A stretch of 63,625 bases of DNA, the filler included, from Thraustochytrium aureum (taxonomy: Eukaryota), in NCBI GenBank assembly GCA_012862495.1. It is 5 parts of 3 records of this genome, joined end to end, with 100 filler letters (N's around TTAATTAATTAA, not from the genome) between each part and the next. Parts side by side here need not be neighbours in the genome. Positions count along the whole stretch, not along the records: positions 29,728 to 55,985 come from BLSG01000098.1; 4 more parts are not named here. One strand, written 5' to 3'. Positions 35,272 through 48,690 of this stretch are shown piece by piece (positions within the stretch are counted from its first letter, which is position 1; the number at the start of each line of letters is the position of its first letter). The position numbers and the translations under genes were made by a program. Under the pieces are notes generated by a model. That model was given only the letters and a program-made list of their open reading frames with translations, was not told where the DNA came from and made no database searches.

Positions 35272-36593
35272 ATGGCGCTCGCTTTGGTTGAGACGAAACG
35301 GACGGCCATGCTGGCGGTGAAGGCTGCCGCGAAGGTGCCGGTCATGGGAGGGCTCGCGTCATGGACCGGGATGGGCTCCAGGCGGCTCCATGCGGGGCGC
35401 GGGACGGTGCACGCGTTGCGGCGGGGCGGCTTGCATGCGGAGACGAGGGCGGCGGCGGCTGGCCGCGACCGGCTGTGGAGCGCCGGACCTGGCACGGCGC
35501 GGGCGTTTCACGGGACTGGGCGGGCGCTGAGCGGGCACAGGGGACTATTACGAGGTGCTGGGCGTAGACCGCGGCGCTGACGAGAAGCAGATCAAGAAGC
35601 GGTACCGCGAGCTAGCCAAGATGTACCATCCCGACCAGTGCAAGGACGAGGATGCGACGGAGAAGTTTCAGGAGATCAGCCACGCCTACGAGGTGCTCTC
35701 CGACCCCGAAAAGCGGCAAGCGTACGACAGCTTCGGCCCCGACTTTGAGCAAGCCATGGGCGGCGGCGGCGGGCCGGACATGGGCGGGTTTGAGGATTTC
35801 TTCAGCGGGTTTGGCGGCTTTGGAGGCGGCGGTCGGGCCCCTCGCAACGCAGGCGAGGACGCGCAGATACGGCTCGACCTGAGCTTCATGGAGGCGGTAA
35901 AGGGCTGCACAAAGACCGTCGACTTCAAAGTGGCTGGGCCGTGCGGAACGTGCGGGGGTTCAGGGGCCAAACAGGGCGAAAAGCCAAAGACCAAGGTTTG
36001 CAACGTGTGCCAGGGCCAGGGCGTCCGCCTGAAGAGCGTTGGGGGCATCTTTCAAGTCCCCACGGCGTGTGCGGCGTGTGAGGGCACGGGGGAGGAAGAT
36101 CACCAACAAGTGTGGGACGTGCGCAGGGACGGGCCAAGAGCTGCAGGACGAAAAGGTCACTCTCAACGTGCCGCCCGGTGTGGATAGCGGGATGACCATC
36201 TCGCAGCGCGGCATGGGCCACGCAGGCCGCCAAGGCGGGCCGCGAGGCGACCTGCTGGTGGGAATATCCGTGGGACGGGATCCATACTTTAAGCGCGAGG
36301 GCACCGACCTGCACACCAGTGTGCAGGTCTCGCTCTCCCAGGCCGTGCTCGGGGACAAGGTTCCGGTGCGGACTCTGGACGGCGACGTGGACCTCAAGAT
36401 CCCGCCCGGGGTTCGGCACGGCGAAGTGCGTCGCTTGCGCGGACGCGGTGTGGAGCAGATTCAGCGGAGTGGGGCTCGGGGCGACCAATACGTCACCTTC
36501 GAGGTGCGCATGCCGAGTTCCCTTACGGACCGACAACGAGAGCTGATGAAGGAGTTTGAGGAGGAGGAGCGCGCTAAGGCGAAAACGAAGTAG
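35272..36593 (+). CDS. Type I DnaJ/Hsp40 chaperone, probably mitochondrial; frameshifts near 35540 and 36095
   Basis: Arg-rich presequence; DYYEVLGV...YHPD J-domain; G/F region; CxxCxGxG repeats; C-terminal domain GDLLV...GDQYV. Confidence 0.9.
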
Positions 36594-36795
36594 CGCGATG
36601 AAGCACGGACGTTACGTTATGCATGCTGAGAGGCACAGAGTTCCTCTTCCTAAACGTTGATGTCGGGGCGGCTTCCCTCGCTAGAGGCAGCTGCTTCGCG
36701 CTTGCGCGGCGCCCGCAGCCGCTCTTCCCCGCGAACGACTTGCGACGCCTTGCTCCACGAGCAGGCCCAGCCCAGTGATTCACTTGTTCACATGT

Positions 36796-38444
36796 TCACC
36801 CGCTCGCCACGAGCTTGGACCAGATTTCACTACTTGCCGAGACCGTGCCGCCGACGCCAAGCATCACGCCGCCGACGATGATGGCTACGTCGAGTCCCTT
36901 TTGGGCTCGCGAGATCTGCCCACAGATTTTCAGGTGAAAGTAGGCGGGCAGGACAAGCGCGAGCAAGGCACAGGCCCCCGCCCCGACGAGCGAGATAAAG
37001 TCGCCAAAGTTGGGAATCCCAAGGGCAATCACCACAGAGAACACCACCGTGGTGATACGGGCCACGTTTTTCATCCACATGGGGCGGCCCGCGAGGCGCT
37101 GCGAGGCCTCGAGGATCTGAGAGAGAGAGAGAGAGTGAGTGAGAGAGAGAGAGATGCACCGCCCCGGCGTCTCATCGTCAGCATAAAATTGGTGCGCAGA
37201 TTCGGGCGGGCCAAACCAAGGCAAACAAGGCTTGCACGCTAGGCCGCGATGCAGCGCGCCCACATGGGCTAGAAACGTACCGTGAACACCGGGAACATCA
37301 TAAGCGGGTAGGTGAAGAAGAGGCCCACGCTGAGCGCCACCTTGACGATTTTCGTGGGCAGCCCGAGGCCAAGGTTTAGCGTGATGATCTCCTTGGTCTC
37401 GCTCCCGTAAGCCATGTATCCGAGCAAGCCAAACACAGCGTAGACGAGCGTGACGAGCACCATCGTGAAGCCCAGCACGACGCGAAAGTTCTGCTTGTTT
37501 TGCATCGACTCTTGGATGGGCAGGATCACGCCCACGCCCTCGTAGCAGTAGATGGAAACGCCGAAAAAGTAGGGCAGCTGGTTCGCAAGTACGCCAAAGT
37601 TGACCTTGTCCAGCGGGTGGTCCATGTGCTCCTCGTGCTCCTGAAAGATCTCCACGTCGTACGACATGACAACCAACATGCCGATGATGTTGGCCACGTC
37701 GGCAACGAGCGCAAAAGGGGACAGGTTCTTGATGTGCCGGTAGAGAACGAGCAAGGAGAGGCCTGGGATGCAGATGGCCACAAAGCCCTGATTGCTCACC
37801 ATCGGCGCAACGGTGTGCATGTTCTCGCCGATGAAAAGCAGATATGCACAGCAAAACGAGACCTGCGTGATTATCAAGAGGCTGTCGACTATTGCGGACC
37901 CCTTCGGACCGAGCACGCCGAACCCGATGTCGCCAAACCCGCGCACGAGCTTGCCCTCTTTCTGCAGGGCCACCTTGCAGTCCACGAGCAGCATCATCGC
38001 GTACGTGGCGGCAAAGCCCACGAACGGCAGCACCATCAATGCTCCCAAGAGGCCGACCTTCATGAACGCATAAGGCAATCCGAGGACGCCAGCGCCTACG
38101 AATGAAATAAACATGTGCGCCGCGGTTGACCTGTCCGAGTTGAGGTTTTCACTCCCAGTTCCAAGCAAGTCGCCCAACTTGGACGGGTCGCCCACGTCGT
38201 CGTCCAGGTCAAACTCGATATCAGCCCCGGGTTCCATGTCGTCGTGGCTCGATGCTTCATCAGACGCGCTCCTACCAAGGTCGCCGTGCGCAAGGGCCCC
38301 TCGCAGCGGCCCGAGGTGGACCTCCGCGAGGCCTTTCCTCGACGTCAGGCTCATCTCGACTTCCTTCCCGTCTTCGCGCGAATCGCGGCCGCCTAGCAGG
38401 CGCAGTGGCGGCGCCTCGCGCTCGTTTCCCTCGCCCCCCGCCAC
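36796..38444 (-). CDS. Amino acid/auxin permease (AAAP; SLC36/AVT-like) transporter; intron 37117-37280; start uncertain (ATG 38354)
   Basis: FVGAGVLGLPYAF, FFGVSIYCYEGVGVILPI and FFTYPLMMFPV, then PNFGDFISLVGA after a GTACGT...CAG intron with a (CT)n tract. Confidence 0.9.
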
Positions 38445-40544
38445 CGTCTCAGCGCGCCACCGCGGCCCAACGCGTCAACAACACGGCCGTCAGTCAGTCC
38501 ACGGCGAGGAAAGCACGCCTCGAGCTAGTAGCTCTAGCGACGGCACAGGATCCGTCGGCCAGTCTTTGACCGAGAAACGAACAGCAGCGAAGGTCGAGCC
38601 ACTCTGCCGCGTCCTCGAGACCCCTGAGCGCCTTGCCGCGCATTCGATGCCGAGCAGCCTTCGTGCTGCCCGACGCGTTCAAGGCGAGAAGTCGAGTACT
38701 CTACGAATCCGGTCTGCTCTCGAGGCGTTTCGATGAAGCCCTCCCTGTTCCACAGTGGGAGTAGAATTGTTTTGGGCGTACAACCGGGGAGATCGAAGGG
38801 ACGGAGAAATGACACTGGAAGGGGCGTACGCCCACGTGGCCCAGCGCGGGATGATGCGCGCAGCGGGCAGGAACTGCCGATGTGACCGCGTTGCAGAAAG
38901 TGCCATTGCAGGCAGTGAATAATCGTAACCTGAATTCTCTGANNNNNNNNNNNNNNNNNNNNNNNNNNNNNNNNNNNNNNNNNNNNNNNNNNNNNNNNNN
39001 NNNNNNNNNNNNNNNNNNNNNNNNNNNNNNNNNNNNNNNNNNNNNNNNNNNNNNNNNNNNNNNNNNNNNNNNNNNNNNNNNNNNNNNNNNNNNNNNNNNN
39101 NNNNNNNNNNNNNNNNNNNNNNNNNNNNNNNNNNNNNNNNNNNNNNNNNNNNNNNNNNNNNNNNNNNNNNNNNNNNNNNNNNNNNNNNNNNNNNNNNNNN
39201 NNNNNNNNNNNNNNNNNNNNNNNNNNNNNNNNNNNNNNNNNNNNNNNNNNNNNNNNNNNNNNNNNNNNNNNNNNNNNNNNNNNNNNNNNNNNNNNNNNNN
39301 NNNNNNNNNNNNNNNNNNNNNNNNNNNNNNNNNNNNNNNNNNNNNNNNNNNNNNNNNNNNNNNNNNNNNNNNNNNNNNNNNNNNNNNNNNNNNNNNNNNN
39401 NNNNNNNNNNNNNNNNNNNNNNNNNNNNNNNNNNNNNNNNNNNNNNNNNNNNNNNNNNNNNNNNNNNNNNNNNNNNNNNNNNNNNNNNNNNNNNNNNNNN
39501 NNNNNNNNNNNNNNNNNNNNNNNNNNNNNNNNNNNNNNNNNNNNNNNNNNNNNNNNNNNNNNNNNNNNNNNNNNNNNNNNNNNNNNNNNNNNNNNNNNNN
39601 NNNNNNNNNNNNNNNNNNNNNNNNNNNNNNNNNNNNNNNNNNNNNNNNNNNNNNNNNNNNNNNNNNNNNNNNNNNNNNNNNNNNNNNNNNNNNNNNNNNN
39701 NNNNNNNNNNNNNNNNNNNNNNNNNNNNNNNNNNNNNNNNNNNNNNNNNNNNNNNNNNNNNNGCGGTGAACCTGAACCTGATTCCCTGAACAGTAATCAC
39801 GAACAGGTGCACCCAACCTCCCAAGTGTCCGTTGCGTTTGCAACTGTTCTGGTTCGAAGTCGTTGGCAGCTGTCGGCGGATTGATAGACTTCATGACAGA
39901 ACACCCTTGCGCGCCGCGCCCTTGCGCGCCATGAGAGAAGAGACAATGGCAGCGACGTTTGGTTCAGGAAGGGGCTCCGCCCTGGCGATCCTTTTGCTGT
40001 CTTCCTTGTTGAACGACGGCCCTCAACGGATATGTCGTCGCTCCGAGCTGGCGCTTGCGGGATTGCCATTCATTCACGTACGGGGGGCACGCGCATTGGC
40101 CGCACCTCATAAAGCCCTGCACTCGACTTTACCTTGAATTGGGCAAAGGGTGCCGGCTGGACTTTACGGTTTTTTGGTCGTGCAGCTGGCATCCAAGCCG
40201 ACTGCTTGAACGCGCAAAACGGCTCGCTACTGCGCCTTCCAGTACAGTCAAGCGACTCGGACGAGGGTTTCCCACCCAAGTGCAGTACATCGAGCTTGCA
40301 ATTACATTGTCTCTGCTCCACAAGAGGAGAAATGAACTGGGTGAAAACGCAACTCTAGCTAGGGCTTTCAGCAGAGCCGCAACGCAGAGACGAACGGGTG
40401 CCTGGGAACCAGCAGTAGCACTGGGCGACGACCTTGCAACGAGCCTACCCTGCGCAGACGGAAACTGGCGAAGCGGCAGTCGAAAGCACACCAACGCGCA
40501 TCCTGCATCAGGGCCCTCGAGGCAACACCGACCGATAGACCACA

Positions 40545-42036
40545 ATGAACGACACCACAGACATAGAGTCCTTCAAGGACACGCTCTTCGAGCCGTGGGG
40601 GGGCTTCCAAGGTACGTGCGCCGAAATCGCGCTTGGGCCTCGCTTGCCGCTTCTTGCTTCGCGTCGCGCTACTCGGTTTGCTCGCCAAGCTAACGCCGGC
40701 CGTCACCCGTCCAGCTTGCAACACCACAGCCGACTGCGTCCTGAGCGAAAACGATCCAAGCTTCCTTGCGACGTGTGTCCTGTTTGGCAAGGGCGTGCCG
40801 GCCTGGGTGGAGGAAGGGCAGTTCTGCTCATGCAACATCGCGTACGGCCGCGTCGGGCTCGGGTGTGCCGGTGTCACAAGTGTGTCGCTTCCATTGGGTT
40901 TGGTCTTGATTCTTCCGCTTTCCATTGGCTTGTACACGCTTTTCTTCCTATCTCGCGTCATCGTGAGGGCCCTGAGGCAGGGGCTATTGACCAGCGGCGC
41001 CGCTTCTACGACCATTTTCACTGCCCTTTTCGTCAACATACTCACCATCGCCTGGATCGTTGTCCGCATGGGACTGTACTTTGTAAGTCTCGCTCGGTTT
41101 TCGGCAGCGGCTGCGCATCGCAGCGCCTACTGACAATGACAATGGGACACTCTCGCAGGGAGCGGGTCCGTTTGTATACGAGCTCAACCTTGTCCTTGCT
41201 TCCACGGTTGGCGCCGCGCTCGCGGGGCTGCAGCTCGTCGTCACTCTAGTCTTTCAAAAGGTGCTGGCCAGCACAAAGAAGATGAAGAAGGGAGGTGGCT
41301 CGATCGAACGCAAGGACGTGCTTTTCGTTTCGATCAGCTGCTTCATCATTACCGCGTCTGTTCTTAGCCTGATGCTCATTGGGCAGATNNNNNNNNNNNN
41401 NNNNNNNNNNNNNNNNNNNNNNNNNNNNNNNNNNNNNNNNNNNNNNNNNNNNNNNNNNNNNNNNNNNNNNNNNNNNNNNNNNNNNNNNNNNNNNNNNNNN
41501 NNNNNNNNNNNNNNNNNNNNNNNNNNNNNNNNNNNNNNNNNNNNNNNNNNNNNNNNNNNNNNNNNNNNNNNNNNNNNNNNNNNNNNNNNNNNNNNNNNNN
41601 NNNNNNNNNNNNNNNNNNNNNNNNNNNNNNNGCCCTGTACATGAAAGCCGCGAACGACATGAAGGGCCTCATTTCCAAGAGCACGCAGTCCTCCCCCAGT
41701 GGGTCTGGAGCAAAGGAACGTGGAAACGCAGCAATCAGCCGGATCCAGCGATGCATTCGGCGCGTCATTCTCTTCATCTGCACATTCGTGCCCTCGGCGT
41801 TGGTATACTCTGTCACCTCTACTGACCTCAAGTCCTCGTCCGTCACGCCGTCCTCAGTGGCATCACTTGGTCTCGGGATGATGCAGGTAACAGGGGCAGT
41901 CGTCATTTATTCCATCAGCGAGTACTCGGCAGGCCCACTTCTGTCCAAGCTTAAGATTCGCGGGAGCAACGGCCTTGGCAGCGTAGCGCCGTCCTCCGCT
42001 GTCACTGCTGCCTCTTCGGCCAAGTACGAGGCTTAA
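40545..42036 (+). CDS. Multi-pass membrane protein with Cys-rich N-terminus; introns 40612-40714 and 41083-41158; internal gap
   Basis: Removing the GTACGT..CAG and GTAAGT..CAG introns (branch points GCTAAC and ACTGAC) gives a continuous frame FQACNTTADC...CSCNIAYG...C followed by hydrophobic helices. Confidence 0.7.
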
Positions 42037-42175
42037 ATTTACGCCTCACGAGACTGCCCGAAGAGCGCAGAGCAGGGCAGGGCGGCTGGTCGTTGATTCT
42101 TTGCCTCTGGACCGCCCTGCCAGAGACGCTCTTCTTCAAAACTACACTAGTAGGTACGAGCGAATCTACAATCTT

Positions 42176-45044
42176 CTATTTGCGAGGCCTGTGCTTGACC
42201 AGCGAGTTTTCCGCTGAGGCGCCGTTAGCTGCCATCTCAAACATGATTGCGTCCAGAGCCTGACTGTCGCTACTGCTTTCTTCGTGAGCGATTGGAAGTG
42301 CTTCGTCGCCAGGCTCCGCGCCCCAAAGTGCGAGTCCAGACTTGTTCTCGGCGAAGCTGTCAACGAGCTGCAGCTCTTCCTCATCAAACTGACAGCCATC
42401 TTCCTCGATTTGCAAAACATCATCTTCGTCAAGTTGGAACTCGGTCGTGTCGATCAGCACCTCGTTTCGATCATACTGCAGCTCGTCCACGTCGTCTTTG
42501 GCTTCTCTTTCATCGCCTTGGGAGTTCGAGTATTCACACATGTCATCAAGGTCAAAGCTTGCATCGCTGTTGTGAGTGTCCCGCCTGCCTAGCGGTGTGT
42601 TGCAAGAACCTCCGGCGTCTTGGGAACCGGAGAAACTGCGGTCAAAAGTGGTCACGTCCCCCAGGTCATCCACATTGTCGAGGTCTGCATAGATTTCGTC
42701 TTCTGCAGAGACGTCCACATTTCCAAAGTCTGCCTGAATGTCGTCTTCCTCAGGCTCTTGCACCTCGTCGAAGAATGCGTCGATGCCGTCGTCCACGGGA
42801 CTGGAAAAGTCGTTTAGATCTCCGCCTTGGTGCTCCCCTGAATCTTGAGCACTGTGTGCGACGTCGATATCGCGATCGCACGCACGGTCAGTCTGCGCGT
42901 CACGGGCGGTTGTGGTGTGCCTATCTCGCTCACCGGGATCGGCATCGACTGCGCTTCGACCTTTTAAGTGCACTGGATTGCCGGCTTGCTGAGCTTGAGG
43001 TTCCCTCCCCGAAGGTTTTGCAAAAGGCGCTCGGATCGACCTCCCCAAACGGCCCCAACTCGAGTTGGTCTTGAGGCGATTCTTCAGAGCTGGCCACGTC
43101 ACCGCTGGCCTTGTCGAAATCCAAGGCGTTCTCGTCAAAACCAAGGCAGGCATCTCTCTTTGCTTCCTCCTCGTGCCCGTGTCCGAGTCCACCATTACCA
43201 GACTCAACTTGACTTGGTCTAGCGCTTCGGAGGGCTTGCTCGGTTATTTNNNNNNNNNNNNNNNNNNNNNNNNNNNNNNNNNNNNNNNNNNNNNNNNNNN
43301 NNNNNNNNNNNNNNNNNNNNNNNNNNNNNNNNNNNNNNNNNNNNNNNNNNNNNNNNNNNNNNNNNNNNNNNNNNNNNNNNNNNNNNNNNNNNNNNNNNNN
43401 NNNNNNNNNNNNNNNNNNNNNNNNNNNNNNNNNNNNNNNCAAGTTGTCTTCGAAGCGAATGTCGCCAAATCCGAGAGACTCGTCAGAGTCAAGGTTGGTC
43501 TCGACAAGACCAGAGCGCTCGCCGTCCAACCCGGAGCTCGGCTCGTCAGCGATGTCGTTGTCTCTTTCGCCTCGGAATGCCGCACAAGACGTCGGTGCCT
43601 CTGCGTCTCGCTTTCCCCCCTCCAAGACGGAGGACGCTGCGTCCAAGAGTGCATCGACATCGTCCATTTCCTCAGCCAGGTCTTGCGATTCGATGCTTTG
43701 CGAGTTGCTAAGCGACATTTCGACTGCCTCAGCTCGCTTGTCGCCTTCGTCTTGTCCTTCGCGAAGCGTCCCTGCGAGGTCGTCGACGCAGGCCGTCAAC
43801 CACGAGTCACCTCGAACAATACGTTCATGGCACGTATTAGAAGCTTCGCGAGCGCCAATTGCTTTGCACTCAAGCGGATGCTCACCTTGACTAGTTTTGC
43901 ACACGAGCGCAATTTCCGGGCCAGTACTCCGAGCACTCTCCACCTCGGCTGATGCTGACGGGGTCCGGGCCGTGCCTGGCGCGCCCTGCTGGGCCTGCTC
44001 CTCATCGGGGCCAGCTGAACCGGTATTCTCGCGTCTCCCATCAATCGAGCTCCCGACAGCGCGTATTGGGTTGGGCTGGTTCGATTTCAGTCCTGTCTCT
44101 GCCTTGGCCTTGGCCTTTTCCCGGGCCCGTTGCACTCTTCGTTCTGCAGCGTCGATTTGCGCGTCAAGAGACCTAGTCGATTTGTTGAGGAACTCCTCTC
44201 GGGTGCTTGCCAAGCTCGCAAGTGTTCGGGGTGCTTCAAGGGTGATCCCCTTCTTTGCCTTTCTCTGCACTGGCGCCGATTGAGGCCGCGCCCGCTGCCT
44301 CCGCCACGTGCGCGCGTCCACCCCAGTCTGCTTGGAGACCGGACGTCGATGCGTCTCCGTCTTGAAGCTCGAGTCTCTCGGGATGCTTTTGGCCTTTCGC
44401 TTTGCACACAAGTCGCGGGCCGCGCCGATGACGGTGGCGCCGCCGCCCCATGCTTCAAGCCTATTCTCCCGCCATTTGGGGCTTGGCTCTTGCCTCGCGC
44501 TGACAGGAGCAACGCACTTGAGTGACGCGAGTAGTTCGAGCGTCTCGTCGAATATATCTTCAAGGTTGCATTCTCGAAATGACTCGCGGCACTTGCTGTA
44601 CGCTGTGGGGTCCACCGCCAGCGCAACGCGAGGCACGTGCTCCACACGTGGGCGCATTCGCACTCTCTGTTTCATTCCCTTGTCTTGTTGAAGGCCCTGT
44701 TGCCTCGAAGGCTTTGACCTCTGGACGCTCTTAATAATCCTCTTGGCTGCCCGAGCCCGCCTGCTCCTTGCGGCCTCCTCGTTCAAGCTCGCGTGCGCAG
44801 CCTCATCGAGATCGAGCACATCGGGGTGCCTTTCGATCCACTGCTTTGCCCGTAGGAGCGACAGCGGGTGGCCCACTGCAGTCGGTGAGCCTTGCGCCCT
44901 TGCAGCCAGCCCTTTCATCCGCCTTGTGCAACTGGCCCTATTCCTCGTCCTGCTCGGGCCGTGCTTTGCGTGCTCGAGCAGCTTGGGGCTTGGCCAAGCA
45001 AACGGCGCTTCCGTCTTCGGCCGCTCGTCCGCCCGCTGTGGCAA
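42176..45044 (-). CDS. Long uncharacterised protein, basic N-half and very acidic C-half; gap and frameshift(s); start uncertain
   Basis: Overlapping long ORFs (704 and 343 aa) with strongly biased, disordered composition. Confidence 0.5.
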
Positions 45045-46061
45045 TCGCTAGAGTCTAGCGATTGCTCATTGGCAATCACTGCACGAAAGGCTGCACGTCG
45101 GAAACAGACTCCCACCGGGGCGCTGACGACGTTGCCTACGATGGAAGCGCGGCGCGCGAGGCCACGAGGGAGTCGGTGCCCTCTCAGCCCAACTCGGGCT
45201 CGAAAAGAAACAAGACAAAGCAAAACGAGCAATAAACCAGCAATAAACCAGCAAGCGCCCTGCAGCGCGCAGCAGCAGCAAGCGCGGCGCGCGCAAGGTC
45301 CACGTGGAGGAGGAGCCGCAGCAACACCAGCACAACCTCACGTTGAGAAAAACATCGAAAGCACAACCAACGCATGCAACAAGCAACGGACAGGCGGACG
45401 CACAAAAACGGGAAGGAAACAAACAGACAAACAAGCAAACAAAGCCGCAGACCAGGGCCAGCGCGCCGCGAGTTTGCAGCGCAGCGAGCGCGGCGCGCGA
45501 GGCGCACAAGCAAGCGCCCAACCTCAACGCGCGAGCAAAGGGTCCGCGCCGCGCCGCAGAATCGTTCCTCAGTTCAGAGTCGTCTCTCATCACTTCTTCT
45601 GTTAGGACATCGGACGGAGAGCATGCGGCAAAAACGATCCGCTTTCAGTCCATATTGAGATGCTTTTACGGGAAGTTTGCGTGGGGCAAGTTTTACTCAC
45701 TGCACGCTTTGTGGCAAGCGCTCTGCAAGGTGCAGCCCGGCGAGGCCGCGGCGCGGAGTCCGCGCGCAAGGTGCGAAGTGGGCCGATTTAATTGATACTA
45801 GCGACCGTATGGTTTGGAGAGCGGACAGAAAGCGGCGGATGCGGGTGGAGCAGACGCGCATCCGCGGCGGGCCCGAGGCGCGGCTCCAGAGGCGCTTCGG
45901 ACGCTGCCTGCTGGGCTCGCGGCCGCTGGCAAACCGCTTGGATCGGTCGCCCCTGGTCCCTGGCGGTCTCGGCGGCTTGCGCGTGGTCTTGGCCGGTTGC
46001 CGCGGTCGACACTCGGCGTTTCGTAATAGAAAAAGGTGCCCTCTTGGCCGCCGTACCTATC

Positions 46062-47515
46062 ATGGAGACGCTGCCGCTCAAGGTGAGTGCCGGATGGCCG
46101 GGCGGCGGTCGGATGGCGTGATGGCTGACGAAGACGGCGCGGTGCAGCTGAGCGATATCAGGGGCGCGCTGATCAGGCAGGAGGAGACGATTATTTTTGC
46201 GCTCATCGAGCGGTCGCAGTTTGCGCGGAATGCGGCGTGCTACAAGAGGGGCGAGTCGGACGTGCTGCGCAAGCGCGTCGCGGCGCAGGCCAATGAGGGC
46301 GAGCCGGACGGCGCGGGCAACCTGAGCTTCATGGAGTACTTTTTGGTGCAGACCGAGTCTCTCCATGCCAAGCTTGGGCGCTACAGCAGCCCTGACGAGA
46401 ACGCGTTTTTCGCGCCAATGCTGCCGAGCAGCGTGCTGAATGGCGAGTCAAAAGCGAGCCCGCTCAAGCCCAACCGGATCAACATCAACGACGAGGTGCT
46501 CGGTGTGTACACTGACCGCATCCTTGGCACCTTGTGCGGGAGCAACACGGGGGACGACAGCGAGTACGGGTCGACGTGCGCGTGCGACATTGCCGTGCTG
46601 CAGGCGCTATCAAAGCGCATCCACTACGGAAAGTTTGTCGCCGAAGCCAAGTTCCAGGCAGAGCGCGCGCGGTTTTCCAAGATGATCGAAGCTAACGACG
46701 CGGACGGCATCATGGAGGCGCTAACCAACGTGGCCGTGGAGGACTCTGTCATCGAGCGCGTGCGGCTCAAGGCCTCGCGCTATGGCACGGACGGGTCCGC
46801 GGAGGGCGATGACGCGGCGCCCGCCTACAAGGTCCAGCCCGGCGTCATCGCGCAGCTGTACCGAGACTACCTTATCCCGCTCAACAAGAAGGTGCAGGTC
46901 GAGTACCTCTTGGAGCGCCTGGAGCGCCCGTCGTTTGCGTTCTTCGACGAGAACGGCTCGGCAGAGCTCGCCGCGGCTCAGCGGTTTGAGGACCCGGGCC
47001 ACCGCTGCGAGTCCATCGAAGAGGTCTTCCTGGCCATCTCGCGCAATCAGGTTGCGTTCGGGCTGGTCCCGATCCAGGACTCAACGCGGGGCTTTTTCAA
47101 GACTACGCAGCGCGCGCTGCTTGCCTCTGGGCTCAAGGTCTGCGACTGCCTGGTGCACGGAGCCAAGGCACTCACGGGCGAGGCGGGCGAAGGAGCATGG
47201 ACGCGATACTATGTTGTTAGTGTGGTTGGGCCCGAGATGAGCCCGGCGCACTCGCACTTGGTTTGCTTTTTTGGCGTCATGCACGAGCCCGGCTCGCTCG
47301 TCACTGCGCTGACCGCCCTGGACGGCGTCAACCTGTCTTGCCTCGAGTCGATCCCGCACCACTCTGTCGCCACTGACGGTCGCCACAGCCAGTACGCGTT
47401 CTTTTGTGAGATCGAGGGGCGCTCCTTGGACCACGTGAGCGTCGACGGCGTGCTGGCCAAGTTGGGTAGCGTAACGAGCTTTGTGCAGCTCGTCGGTGCG
47501 TATTCGACCAGGTGA
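46062..47515 (+). CDS. ARO7-type chorismate mutase fused to a shortened prephenate-dehydratase-like plus ACT domain; intron 46083-46147
   Basis: Spliced start METLPLK|LSDIRGALIRQEETIIFALIER; RYSSPDENAFF, LQALSKRIHYGKFVAEAKF and VQVEYLLERL. Then SIEEVF..GLVPIQDSTRG, TRYYVV, HEPGSL, VNLSCLESIP, FFCEIEG and VGAY. Confidence 0.9.
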
Positions 47516-47655
47516 GCGAGGGGGCGGGTGGGGCTCGAGGATGTTGGAGGATCCCACCACCGTCGAAATACCAACTCAATTTCGCTGAACTGCTACCCTT
47601 GGTTGATAAGCGTGCGCTGAGTGGGCGCGCTCGCTCTCTAGCTAGAGAAGAAGCA

Positions 47656-48690
47656 CTATTCATTCGCCGCCGCCTTGCGCTCCTCGAACCGGTCGCGCAT
47701 GCGTTGCTTGAGCGAGAGCGTTGCGAGGTCCAGGGGCGTCTCGCCGTCGGCGTTTGTCACGGTGGGGTCGGCTCCTGCCTCAACGAGCTGCATGCACACC
47801 TCGTCGTGCTTGAAAAGCACGGCCACGTGCAGCAGCGACTCTTGCTTGTTGTCCGTGAAGCCGGCCAACGAGCCGTCTTCAGCGAGGATTGCTTTGACAG
47901 TGTCCAGGTCCCCCGATTTGACCGCGGAGCGCAGGCTCGCGCCGGTGGCTTCGGCGCGGCCTTTCCTGCCCCGTGCGCGCGCCACGGAGCCAAATACGTT
48001 GAAGGGCGTCGCCGCAGTCGACCGAGGCGGCCGCTGGGGCGGCTCCGCCTCAGCCCCGCGCTGCTCAAGCGCGACCTCGACGAGCGCATCGCCCCTTGGC
48101 TCTGGAGTTGAATTCGCGGGCGCAGGGGCGGCTGCGCGTGCTTGCGGCTTATGGGACGCGCCCTTCCGCGGCGACAGGCGGTGCTGCTCGGAAGCGACAG
48201 GAGCCGAACTCTGCAAGTTGAGGTTGATCAAGTAGGAGAGCGGGTCGGTGGCGTCTGGCGGAGGTGGCGGGGCGGGGCCGCCAGAGGAGGCGGTGGCGCC
48301 GCATCGTGCGCCGGTCGAGCTCCCGTCGCGCTCGACAGCCTCTTGGCCAGGCCGTGCCGCTTGGCCAGTCGAGGGCTCTGCGCCAGCATCCCTGCACCTG
48401 CGCCATGCGCAGCAGCGTCCTGCTGACGGGCCGAGCCGCCTCGTCGAGCCTGCTGTAGCGCTGCAGCGCTGACGGCGGGCTGGCGTTCAATAGCCTCGCG
48501 CACGACGCTGAGCCAGGTGTCGCGCTCGGCGTCGCTTGGCGCAGCCAAGAGGTGCTCCTCGCCTTTGGCTGTCTGCACGACAAAGGCGTGCCGGTGGCCG
48601 TCCGGGACCGTCTGCACGGGGGCTGCATGGGCTCCCTTGAGCGCGATCTCGCCACGCGCCAGCCTCGAGGTCTGGGTTTCGTAGTAGCAC
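47656..48690 (-). CDS. PH-domain plus ankyrin-repeat protein; 5' end in gap; frameshift near 48240
   Basis: PH domain YYETQ..RGEIAL..FVVQT..LAAPSDAERDTWLSVV; ankyrin AVKSGDLDTVKAIL, SLLHVAV and GADPTVTNADGETPLDLA. Confidence 0.8.

Noticed and set aside
45066..45600. Hydrophobic 175-aa ORF
   Set aside because: Derived from (AAAC)-rich low-complexity sequence, likely intron, UTR or intergenic.
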